In this document: positions 26,008 to 38,986 of the stretch, piece after piece | Numbering within the stretch: the first letter of the stretch is position 1 | Layout: the number at the start of each line of letters is the position of its first letter | Source of the DNA: Eledone cirrhosa | Lineage: Eukaryota | Direction of reading: 5' to 3' | Length of the DNA stretch: 64,000 bases | Assembly (NCBI GenBank): GCA_964016885.1 | Contig: OZ024744.1 | Location: forward strand, 123,504,001 to 123,568,000 | The notes under the pieces: model-generated | The model's input: the letters and a program-made list of their open reading frames with translations, nothing else | What the model was told of the DNA's origin: nothing | Database searches by the model: none | Position numbers and translations under genes: made by a program

Positions 26008-27677
26008 ATGGACGGCATTAATACAAGTGATGGTCCCACGCTCCCCAAAAATCTTCGAGGAAAAATGAAAGCACAAAGTGCCCAGCTTCGCCCCCCTTCC
26101 TTTAACGAAAAACATTAATAAGGAACAACAGACAACAACCGAAAAGACAAAAATTGGAAATAATACCAGCAACGGAAAAATTATCGATACCAATACGAAC
26201 ACCAAAGTAAACAGCGACAACAACAATGACAAGAAAAATAACGACAACAAAATTTCCTTTGCAGAAACTGTAAAAAAAAACCAACGCAAAGCAAAAGTTG
26301 GAAGAAGCAAAAAGGTATGTGACTTTCGAACCCGATGGTTCATTCAGCATTAATTCCCCAGAAGAAATAAAAAGAGAAATTGCCACGAGCACGGTGGTGT
26401 TCAGGACAATCTCGAATGCTACAAAAAAACCAGTACAACTGTCTCAGAGTGAGATAGAGCTGGATTTAAGGAACCAAATGGAAAGCATTTTGTTCATTCA
26501 AAATGGAAAACTCTTCGGTAGCATCTCGGTTCTTATGAAGGATCAAGAAACGGCGCAAAAACATTCTATTGCGCCCATTGTATCCACCCACTTCACCTTT
26601 TCCCCGTCTTACATGGGAAGAAGGTCTCAAAAAATAAAATTCAATTGCATAAGACCCAAAGTAGACACTTGGTGGCTACTTTGTGGCGTTTTAGACCTTG
26701 ACCAAGACATTATAATCTCAGGTGGAAAGTCCCCCAGAGAGGTCTTTAGTGGGACCAGCGTAGAACTTCTGGTGCAAATGAGCCCGGAAAGGATAGCGAA
26801 GATCCCACAGAGAATTCATTTAGATGGAGGGACCTACATAAATATTTCAGTTGAGGGTAGGCGACCCGCGTGTTACCACTGCGCAAGCAGAGGTCACCTG
26901 AGGACTGCATGCTCTCAACTGATAAAAAAGAAACCATTATTACAAACACCACAAACAATAACACCACCAACACCACCACAACCACCACAACAACAACATC
27001 CCAAGAAATCAACCCAAAATACGATCCCACCCAGCCCCTCCCCTCAGAACACAAATACAAAAACACACGAAGTGCAAACACAACCTGGTAATATACCCCT
27101 CCTCTCCAATACGGAAGAGGAGCTCATATCCTCGGAAGATGAGGGGGCTCCCTTCCAAAAAGTCAAAAGAAAAAAAACCTACACAGACCACACAAACAAA
27201 AAAACCCCACCTGACAACACAACACATACAACAAAACGCAAGCACACTCAAGAACAACAAAAAAACAAACACAACACAAAAACTCTACATATACATAAAC
27301 AAAAACAATAAAAACTTACTAGACAAAATAAACAATAACCCTTCGGTACAAACCGAACGGCCGAATTTTACAATGGCATTGGGTCTCCCTAACCTGAAAA
27401 TGGTGAAGGTCCCACTTGACATTTTTAAAACATTGAAAAGCATTGAAAAACATTGAAAAACTCCCTGAGGACGTGGAACCACCCTGCACCAGGCCACACA
27501 AACGCGTCCTCCTGAAAGGTTTTCCCCGCCCCTCCTCAAACACCCACACAATTCCAAACACCCCAACCCCTCCACACACTAATACCCTCACACCACCACA
27601 AAGCACCGCCCCACCCAACAACCCCTCCACCGCACAGGGAAACTGAACAGCCCGGACCCCGGGACGCAGAGAGGTAA
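26008..27677 (+). pseudogene. ORF1 (nucleic-acid-binding, zinc knuckle, Pro/Thr/Asn-rich), frameshifted
   Basis: 337-aa open part (26298-27311) contains EGRRPACYHCASRGHLRTAC; the C-terminus ...RDAER* is shared with copies 3 and 5. Confidence 0.85.
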
Positions 27678-27700
27678 GTGCCTCTCTCTTTACCACCAAC

Positions 27701-30700
27701 ATAGCTGTGTTAAGAGTAGGTTGTCTAAATGCGCGTGGCCTGGGCTCACCTTGGAAGCAAGCTAAACTTCTAAATGACCTCAGGTCACGATGTATAAATG
27801 TGATGGTTATTTGCGAGGCGCGGATCAGCAGCGTGCGACAGCTAGACCCCACCTTTGATGACTTTGAGATGTACGTATCTCTCTGTCAGCCCGGAAGTGG
27901 GGGTGGGGTTGTCGTCCTGCTGCAAAAACATCTGGGTCTCGCTACACAGACGGTACACTTGGACCCGGAGGGTCGACTAGTGGTTCTGGACCTTGGCAGT
28001 GGTGAAGGCGAAACTTTTAGGCTGGTCGCCGTTTACGCCCCTTTTGGGGAAATGCGGCCGGACTTCTTCCATCGTCTGGAGACTTTTCTAGGGACGTCCC
28101 GCTCCTTGCTTTTAGTGGGGGACTGGAATGGTATCCTAGATGCACGTTGGGACTATGTAGGGGCATGTCCCGATAGAGGGGGTGTAACAACCTCAAGGGG
28201 TTAATCGGCCGATTTGGCCTGGCCAATAGATATCGACTAGATTTTCCGACTGTGCCAACCTGGACTTGGACAAACCATAGCGGTCAATCTAGATCGTACC
28301 TAGAAAGGTTCTTAGTTAGAATTAAGGATAGGGACTTTTTAAGTTGTCCAGAAATGCTCATGGTTGGCTATTCAGACCGCAAGTTAGTGACCTGCATAGT
28401 CTACCTTGATAGAACGCATAGGCAGGGACCCGGTTACTGGAAGCTCAACTTGTCCTTACCGGCAAGTAGAGCTTACAGGGACCGGATTAGGACCTTAGTT
28501 AAGGTGCGGTTGACGGGCGCCATCGTTAACAGCAGGTGGTGGGGCTCTCTGAAAAGAGAGATTAGAGTAGTTTCAATAGGAGTTAGTAAGGAGTTAGCCT
28601 CAGATAGAAATAGGAAGGAAAGGGAGTTGATAGTTAATGTTGAAGAGGCAATTAGAAGCGGCAACGTGGCCAGAGTGCAAGCGTCGAAAACGGCCTTGAG
28701 CCAGTTCTTCGCCGCGAAACACGAAGGCTGCGTTATCCGAAACAAAATACGTGCTCTGGGAAACGAGGGGACCAAAGCTGTTAGCTGGGCCCGCGTGATA
28801 CAAGCCAAAAGTGGGATTAGATCCACTATCCGGTCTTTGCGAGACCAGGATGGACGGGTGATCCTTGAACCTAAGCAAATGTGCGAGGCCTTTCAAAGGC
28901 ACTTTTCCCGATTGTTCGGGAGGGGCGGGGAGCCGGTTGGAGATGTGGTTTTCGGTCCATACCTCGACGGCCTGCCGCGTCTTTCGGACGAGGAGGCGAG
29001 GTCCTGCGACAGGCCGATCTCAGCTGCTGAAATAGGGGACGTGCTAAACCTATGCGGCAAACGCATATCTCCAGGCCTCGATGGTCTGCCCTACGAACTA
29101 TATATTAATATGCCGGACTTGTTCCCCGATCTCCTCGAGGCGGTCTACTGCAACTGGCAACAGAACGGGAGAATTCCCTGTTCTGTGACCAAGGGCGTAG
29201 TCTCGCTAGTGAGGAAGGACGAGAACAAGGGGGATGACATTAGTAATTTTAGGACCATAACTCTGCTAAACGCAGAGTTAAAGATTTTGGCCAAGGTGTT
29301 AGCGAAGAGGCTGGCGCTTGTCGTGGGGGGCCTGGTGGGAGATGCGCAGACATGCACTATCCCGTCCAGGTACATTCACGACAACCTCCACCTCATGCGA
29401 TACATCATGGAGAGGATTGGGAACGAACCCGGCTTTGGTGGGGCCCTGATAAATTTAGATCAGTCTAAAGCTTTCGATAGGGTGGACCATGGTTACCTGG
29501 ATGCGGTGCTAGTGGCGGCTGGTTTCGGACCCGTTTTCAGGGGCTGGATCACTGCCATACATAACAGACGCATCTGCTCTAGAGTCAAGGTGAACGGCTA
29601 CCTCTCGGAGCCGTTCGAAATCACTCGCTCCATCCGAGAGGGGTGCCCTTTCTCCTCCCTTCTGTAAATATTGGCTCTCGAGCCACTACTGCGGAAGTTG
29701 GAGTTGTTGCAGGGCATCCCTTTGGAACCGGGATTGCTCAAAGCAGTGTCAGCCTATGCCGATGACGTAACAGTAATGATGTTGACCACCGTGGATATCG
29801 GGGCAATCGGCACCTTACTGGAGGAGTACGAAATGTTGACAGGGGCTAAGCTGAACCGGGACAAGTCAGTCGCTTTGCAACTCGGCGAGTGGAGGGGCAA
29901 ACCGATGTCGTCCGACGGTATCGTCGGAAGGTGGACGGAGGGCCCGATGAAGTTGCTTGGGGTCTGGTTCAGACCGGACCTCCAGGTGGAGAAAAACTGG
30001 GGTGAGGTGACGAATAGGGTGTTTGCACTGACCCAGAAGTGGGCCGAGTGCAAACTATCCCTGAAAGGTCGGGCGGAGGTGGCGAACGCTTACATAGCGT
30101 CCGTCATCTATTACCGCTTGACTGTCGTGCCTTGCCCGGGTGAGATCCTCGCCAAAATGGAGCGCGCTCTCTTTCACTTCCTTTGGAAGAAGAGGTCTCC
30201 TCTGGTGAGGAGATCCATCTGCTGTCAACACCCTTTGAAAGGAGGGCTGGGGATGCCGTGGCTAAAAATGCGTAAACACGCATTGAGGCTACGGCACCTC
30301 CAGGTATTCATCACCGCTCAACCGGTTTGTGAGGCGAGCCTTCCCGAGGCTCGTCTCGCTCACCGAGCTGCAGTCCTGGGTGAAGCAAAGACCGAGAAAA
30401 CTGGGCGACTGGCACACCGATTGTGCCCAGGCGCTCACGGCTCTCTGGCAGGCGGACCCGGCTATCGGTGGAGACTCCACCTCCTCATTCTATAGAGGGC
30501 TGGTGGTTAGCAGGTGCGACGACGCCCCCGGAGAAACCGTAGGCATGGAGGAGGACGAACTGGCCAGCCTATTCGGTAGGACTTTCGGCACGGGACCTAT
30601 GGACAACTTCCAGAAGTCCTTGGCCTGGCAGTGCTACCGAGGGGCTCTGCCCGTTCGGGATAAGCTCTACAGACACGGGCGCCCGGGTAGGGACCCCTCG

Positions 30701-31133
30701 AAAAAGATCTGTCCCAGTGTACCAATGCGTGCGCGACGAGGAAACCGTCGCGCACGCATTGATACACTGCCCCGGCGTTGCCGATCTGTGGGGCTATGTA
30801 GAACAACTGCTGTCACGGGTGGGACCAATCAGGTTGACCACCGAGTCCATTGTAACGATCAAGCCACCTCCCCCCTTCTAAAATGAACGAGAGGCGGTCT
30901 TCTTCTGTGTAATAGCCATGGTAAAAGAGGTTGTATGGTGGACGCGTCTAAAAGGGCTGAGGTCGGACACCTTTCTTTCCGGCCAACAACTAGTCCTTTT
31001 CTTCCGATACCATTTCGGAAGAAGGATCAGGATGGAGAGAGAGGTGCTCCACCCCAGCCAGTTTTATGAAAGGTGGGTGAAAGTTGCGAGAATGGCCCGT
31101 GTGAATGGGCCTTCTCTCTACCTCAGCCTGTAG
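27701..31133 (+). pseudogene. ORF2 (AP endonuclease-reverse transcriptase), disrupted
   Basis: CLNARGL, GDWN, SDR/HKLV, SPGLDGLPYE, KAFDRV and YADD motifs; several stops and frameshifts. Confidence 0.93.
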
Positions 31134-31375
31134 GTGGAAAAGGATGAAGGAAGAAGGCAGCACCCTCTCTTTGTGTTCCCGTGGAGAAGGGTCGTACATT
31201 TTTTTTTCGGAGGTGTGTGTGACTCCAAAACGATCCCTCCCTATTGAGGACCTTTTTGTTATAATTTTATTTGTTATTACAATTTTTTACTCGATTTCTA
31301 TGTACCCCCCACCCCTCATGTATGTGTCCCTTTCTTTTGTGCCCTCGTGACAAATAAACAGAATTTGTCTGTCTC

Positions 31376-31410
<35 letters not shown>

Positions 31411-31424
31411 GGCTGGCTGGCTGG

Positions 31425-32228
<804 letters not shown>

Positions 32229-32279
32229 TGACACTAAATTATTTGCCACGTAAATAGGTACCATAAATGTATACCCGAC

Positions 32280-32379
32280 TGTCTATCTATCTATCTAGCT
32301 GTATATCTCTCTGACTGTCTAGCTGTATATCAGACTGTCTGTTTATCTATCTATCTAGCTGTATATCTCTCACTGTCTG

Positions 32380-32450
<71 letters not shown>
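32280..32450. repeat. (TATC)n/(TGTC)n microsatellite with TAGCTGTATATC interruptions
   Basis: Read directly from the sequence. Confidence 0.95.
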
Positions 32451-32451
<1 letters not shown>

Positions 32452-35400
32452 ACCCCCCCCCCCCAGACACCCACTCAACGACAAACACCCCAACCCCACA
32501 ACACACCGATGCCCCTTCACTTCCACAAACCACCACCCCACCCAACAACCCATCCCCAACCAGCATGGAAATTGAGCGGCCCGTTTCCCGGGACGCAGAG
32601 AGGTAAGTGCCTTTTCTCTTTACCACCAACATGGCTGTGCTAAGAGTAGGGTGTCTAAATGCGCGTGGCCTGGGCTCGTCTTGGAAGAAGCAATGCTTCT
32701 AAATGACCTCAGGTCACAATCTATAAATGTGATGGTTATCTGCGAGGCCCGGATCAGCAGCATGCGACAGCTAGCCCCCACCTTTGACGACTTTGAGATG
32801 CACGCATCTCTCTGTCAGCCCGGAGGTGGGGGTGGGGTTGTCGTTCTGCTGCAAAAACATATGGGCCTTGCAACACAGATAGTTCACTTGGACCCAGGGG
32901 GTCGACTGGTGGTGCTGGACCTTGGCAGTGGTGAAGGTAGAGCCTTTAGGCTGATAGCCGCATATGCCCCTTTTGGGACAGAGCGGCCCGACTTTTTCCA
33001 GCGTCTGGAGTCTTTTCTAGGGACGTCCCGTTCCCTGCTTTTAGTGGGGGATTGGAATGGTATCCTGGATGCACGTTGGGACTATGCAGGGGCATGTCCC
33101 GATAGAGAGGGGTGCAACAGCCTCAAGGGGTTACTCGGCCGATTTGACCTGGCCGATAGATTTCGACTAGATTTTCCGACGGTGCCAACCTAGTCTTGGT
33201 CAAATCGCAGCGGATCATCTAGATCGTACCTAGATAGATTTTTAGTTAGAAATAAGGACAGGGACTTTTTAAGCTGTCCAGAAATGCTCATGGTTGGCTA
33301 TTCAGACCACAAGTTGGTGACCTGCATGGTCAACCTTGATAGAACGCATAGACAGGGCCCCGGTTACTGGAAGCTCAACTTGTCCTTGCCGGCAAGTAGA
33401 GCCTACAGGAATCGGATTAGTACGTTAGTTAAGGAACGGTTGACTGGAGCGATCGTCAACAGCAGGTGGTGGGTATCTCTAAAGAGAGAGATTAGAGTAG
33501 TCTCGATTGAATTTAGTAAGGTTCTAGCTGCGGATAGGAATAGGAAGGAAAGGGAGCTAATAGATAGAGTAGAAGAGGCAATTAGAAGCGGCGACGTGGC
33601 CAGAGTGCTAGCGTCGAGAACGGCTTTGAGCCAGTTTTTCGACGCGAAGCACGAAGGTTGCGTTGTCCGAAGTAAAATACGTGCTCTAGGAAACGAGGGG
33701 ACCAAAGCTGTTAGCTGGGCCCGCGTGACAGAGGCCAACAGTGGAACTAAATCCACCATCCGGTCTTTGCGAGACCTGGATGGACGGGCGATTCTTGAGC
33801 CTAAGCAGATGTGTGAGGCCTTTCAAAGGCACTTTGCCCGACTGTTCGGGAGGGGCGGGGAGCCGGTTGGGAACGTGGACTTCGGTCCATACCTCGACGG
33901 CCTGCCGCGCCTCTCGGACAGGGAGGCGAAGTCCTGCGAGGAGCCGATTTCGGCCGCTGAGATAGAGGACGTGCTGAGCCAATGCGGCAAACGCAAATCC
34001 CCGGGTCTCGATGGTCTTCCTTACGAATTATATCTAGCTATGCCGGACTTGTTCCCCGATCTCCTCGAGGCGGTCTACTGCAACTGGCAACAGAACGGGA
34101 GAATTCCCTGTACTGTGACCAAGGGCGTAGTCACGCTAGTGAGGAAGGACGAGAACAAGGGTGACGAAATAAGTAACTTCAGGCCCATAACTCTGCTAAA
34201 TACAGAGTTACAGATTTTGGCCAAGGTGCTAGCAAAGAGGTTGGCGCTTGTCGTGGGCAACCTGGTGGGAGATGCGCAGACATGCGCTATCCCGTCCAGG
34301 TCCATCCATGACAACCTCCACCTCATGCGATACATCATAGAGAGGGTTGGGAACGAACCCGGCTTTGGTGGGGCTCTGATCAACTTGGATCAATCTAAGG
34401 CGTTCGATAGGGTCGACCATGGTTACCTGGATGCGGTGCTAGCGGCGGCAGGCTTCGGACCCGTTTTCAGGGGCTGGATCACTGCTATGCACAGCAGCCG
34501 CATCTGCTCTAGGGTCAAGGTGAACGGCTACCTCTCGGAGCCGTTCAAAATCGCGCGGTCCATCCGACAAGGGTGCCCTCTCTCCTCCCTTCTGTATGTG
34601 TTGACTCTCGAGCCACTACTGCGGAAGTTGGAGTTGTTGCAGGGCATCCCTTTGGAACCGGGATTGCGGAAAGCGGTGTCAGCCTACGCCGATGATGTGA
34701 CAGTAATGGTGTCGACGGCCTCCGAAATCGAGGCGGTCGGCACCTTACTGGAGGAGTACGAAAAGTTCACAGGGGCTAAGCTGAACCGGGACAAGTCGAT
34801 CGGTTTGCAACTCGGCACGTGGAGGGGCAGACCGATACCCTCCGATGGCGTCGTCGGACGCTGGACGGAGGGCCCGGTGAAGTTGCTCGGGGTCTGGTTC
34901 GGACCGGACCTCCAGGTGGAGAAAAACTGGGCGGAGGTTACGAACAGGGTGTTTGCACTGACCCAGAAGTGGGCCAGTTGCAAACTATCCCTGAAAGGTC
35001 GGGCGGAGGTGGCGAACACTTATATAGCGTCCGTCATCTACTACCGCCTGACCGTAGTGCCCTGCCCAAGGGAAACCCTCACCAAGATGGAGCGCGCGCT
35101 CTTCCAATTCCTTTGGAAGAGGCGGGCTCCTATGGTGAGGAGATCCATCTGCTGTCAACACCCTTCGAAAGGAGGGCTGGGGATGCCGTGGCTAATGATG
35201 CGTAAACACGCATTAAGGCTACGGCACCTCTACGTATTCCTCACCGGACAACCGGTGTGGGCCTCGTTTGTGAGACGAACCTTTTCCAGACTCGTCTCAC
35301 TCACCGAGCTGCAATCCTGGGTCAAGCAAAGACCGAGAAAACTGGGCGCCTGGCACACTGAGTGTGCCCAGGCGCTCACCGCCCTCTGGCAGGCGGACCC

Positions 35401-36330
35401 GGTTATCAGTGGAGACTCCACCGCAACATTCTATAGAGGGCTGGTACGCAGCAGGTGCGACGACGCCCTCGGAGAAGCCCTAGACATGGAGGAGGACGAA
35501 CTGGCCAGCCTGTTCGGTAGGACATTCAGCCCGGGACCTATGGACAACTTCCAGAAGTCCCTGGCCTGGCAGTGCTACCGAGGGGCTTTACCCGTTCGAG
35601 AAAGGCTCTACAGACACGGGCGCCCGGGTAGGGACCCCGCCAAAAAGATCTGTCCCAGATGCGTGTGCGACGAGGAAACCGTTGCACACGCATTGGTACA
35701 CTGCTCGGGCGTAGCCGATCTGTGGGGCTATGTCGAACAACTGCTGTCAAGGGTGGGACCGATCCGGTTGACCACCAAGTCTATTGTAATGATCAAGCCG
35801 CCTCCCCCCTTCAAAGATGAAGCAGAGGCGGTGTTTCTGTGCGTAATAGCCATGGCGAAAGAGGTTGTATGGTGGACGCGTCTGAAAGGACTGAGGTCAG
35901 GCACCTTTCTCTCTGGCCAACAACTGGTCCTTTTCTTCCGATATCATTTCGGAAGAAGGATCAGGATGGAGAGAGAGGTGCTGCACCCCAGTCGTTTTTA
36001 TGAAAGGTGGGTGAAAGTGGCGAGAATGGCCCGTGTGAATGGGCCTTCTCTTTACATAAGCCTGTAGGTGGAAAAGAGGAAGGAACGAGGGAGCACCCCC
36101 TCTCTGTGCTCCTGAGGAAAAGGGTTGCACACTTTTTTCGGGGGTGTGTGCGACCCCCCAAGGCGCCTCCTCTCTATTGAGGATTTTGTTATAAATTTTA
36201 TTTTTGTTATATCTTATTTTATTTTTATATTTTGTTATTGCCTCCTCCTTATTGAGGACGCCTTTTTGTGTAAACTCCCCCCTTTGTACTTGTCCCACTT
36301 TTGATGCCCTAGTGGCAAATAAAAGAAACA
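32451..36330 (+). mobile_element. Tx1/L1-clade LINE copy 3, 5'-truncated within ORF1
   Basis: ORF1 tail ...SRDAER*, near-intact ORF2, AATAAA; flanked by (TATC)n on both sides. Confidence 0.95.
32631..36067 (+). pseudogene. ORF2 EN-RT-CCHC; 927-aa open segment at 33284-36067
   Basis: One early frameshift and a TGG>TAG at 33191. Motifs SDHKLV, RQGCPLS, YADD and CPRC...HALVHC. Confidence 0.95.
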
Positions 36331-36340
36331 TATCTATCTA

Positions 36341-36711
36341 TTCAAATACCACTTTGGAAGAAGAATCAGGATGGAGAGAGAGGTGCTGTACCCCAGCAAG
36401 TTTTATGAAAGGTGGGTGAAAGTGGCGAGAATGGCCCGAGTGAATGGGCCTTCTCTCTATATCAGCCTGTAGATTGAGGAAAAGGAGGAGGAGAGGAAAG
36501 GAGTACAAGCTCTTCGTACTCCTGGAGATGAGGGTTGCACATTTTTTTCGGGGGTATGTGTTACCCATATAAACTGTCTCCCTCTATTGGGGAAAATCGA
36601 CTAACTTTTAAATTCCATCTGTGATAACATTTTACACGTTTTTATTGTATGTAAACTTCCCCCTTTGTATTTGTCCCCTTCTTTTGTGCCCCTGTGGCTA
36701 ATAAAGAAATA
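36341..36711 (+). mobile_element. Tx1 3' fragment (copy 4)
   Basis: ORF2 C-terminus plus 3' UTR, nearly identical to 43503-43873; TATC repeats on both sides. Confidence 0.92.
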
Positions 36712-36821
<110 letters not shown>

Positions 36822-37046
36822 GCTGTCATCTGTTCTACAGCGTAGATGTAATTCACTTCGCGCAGAAGTTTTGTTCCAATTTATTGCGGAAATTTTGTAA
36901 GTTCAATTTTAATTTTGATACTATTGTGTAGCTTGACCCCCCGTCTGAACTGTCAGACGGTGGGTCAGCTCATCTTCGCCCCTCCCAGGGGTGAAAAACC
37001 TGTTTTTAAAAATTTTGTGGCATACAATTTCAATCGTCTGACAGAA

Positions 37047-38953
37047 ATGTTAAACGAAGCTAACGAAAATAGTGGTGGGGGGACAGCGGTAAGAGTTGTA
37101 AGCTCGCACGCTTTAGTCCCCCCTTCCTTCCCAACTAACGTCATAGAGAAGGAAAGAAAAAATAAAATAAAAACAGACGGATGTGCGGAGAAAAATGACG
37201 AAAACACAAATCTGGACATTGATTCCAACAACAAAAAAAAAAATTGAAAAATTGCATGACAATATTAATACCACAAACAAAAACACAACAAACACAAAAA
37301 TAACATTTGAAAACAGCATCATAACAGAAAGCAAAGCAGACGACAAAGTCAACACCAATAATATTTCATTTGCACAAACAACAAAGAAATATTTGACATA
37401 TATACCTGAAAATATTTCAGATGTGGCACAAAGAATTAAAAACGCCAAACAATACATAACTCAAGGGGAAAATGGTATTTTATCGGTAAAAATGCCTCAA
37501 GAACTCACCAAAGACATTGAAAGTCGGAGGGTCGTTTTCCGCACCATCAACAACATTTCTAAAAAACCTCAACAACCAACACAAACAGAAATCAAAGCAG
37601 TACTTACAGAAGTACTTAATGAAACCACTTTCATAAGAAAAGACAGACTGTATGGAAGCCTAGCGATTATTATGAAGAACGAATCGGCGGCAAAAAAATA
37701 TGCTTTGTCGCCGATTCGTTCGACAAATTTTACCTTTTATCCATCTTATATGGGTAAAAGAACTCAGCGCATATGGCTGGATGCGATGATGCCAGATGTG
37801 GACTACTGCTGGCTCATAGCTGGCTTCATCGATCCAGCAAATGACAACGTGATTTCCATTGGGAAAACCACAGGCAATGCGTTCAGTGGAACAGGTATAG
37901 AACTTGTAGTGCAAATGAAGCCTGAACGCATTGCCCAAATACCTGACAGAATCCTATTAGAGGGCCACGGGTATATAAACATTAACGTGGAGGGGAGAAG
38001 GCCGTCCTGTCATATCTGTGCAGGCAGAGGGCACCTGAAGGCGGCTTGTCCCCCAACTCAACAAGAAGAAAACCCTGCTACCAACACCAGCTCCACCACC
38101 ACCACAACATATAAACAAACAACAAAACTCAGTCCCACCCAACTCGTCCCTCAATAAAATAACACCACCACCACAACACAAACAGTCACAACACATTACC
38201 CAAAAACAAAAAACAGTCCCACCCAACCCCTCACTCAATAAAACAACACAACCACCGCAGCCACAACACACAACACAGTCTAACATAGTGACATCCATCT
38301 ACCCCACAAAGAAAACCAACACGGAAACACTACCAGCAAACATACCTCTTCCCTCCAACACTGAAGATAACCCAACGAATTCGGAGGAAGAAACGGAGTC
38401 CTTCAGACAGATTAAAAGAAAAAAAAGAAAACATGTGCAAAACACACAAGGCCAAACAACCCCTACCCAAATGTCAACACAATCCAACAAAACACAAAAC
38501 ACCCCTCCAGCAACAAACAAAACCAAGCCTGTCCCTCCCCTCTTCGAAACACTCACACCATCCGAAAAAAAGACATTACACTATACTTACATCAACAGAA
38601 ACAATAATAAATTAAATGAACTCATAAACAATAACCCTTCGGTACAAACCGAAGGTGTAAACTTTGTTTCTTCAGAAAACTACCCACATTTAAAATTAAT
38701 AAAGATCCCAATGAACCTCTACCAAAAACTAAAAAAGGATTTTAAGGAGGACGTAGGACCACCCTCTGTCAAACCCATAAACCGCGTCCTACTAAAAAGC
38801 TTTCCCCCTCCCCTTCCCCTCCCCAACACAACTCCAAACACCCCAACCCCACAACACACTGACGACCCCACACCACCACAAGACACCCCTTCACCCAACA
38901 CCCCCGACCCCATGGAAGTCGTGCGACCCGAACCCCGGGAAGCAGAAAGGTAG
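37047..38953 (+). pseudogene. ORF1 of copy 5, disrupted
   Basis: Homologous to copy 2 ORF1 (VVFRTI, FYPSYMGKR, INVEGRRP-CCHC, NNNPSVQTE, ...EAER*). Confidence 0.87.
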
Positions 38954-38986
38954 GTCTCTACACTCTCCTTTGGCTTTGCCGCCCAC

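Larger units (their letters stand above)
25798..31365 (+). mobile_element. Tx1/L1-clade LINE copy 2 (subfamily A), full length, degenerate
   Basis: 5' UTR nearly identical to copy 1; ORF1, ORF2 (APE-RT-CCHC) and AATAAA; (TGTC)n on both sides. Confidence 0.95.

Noticed and set aside
21367-27575. Antisense hydrophobic, membrane-like ORFs
   Set aside because: These are reverse complements of the A/C-rich ORF1 low-complexity regions.
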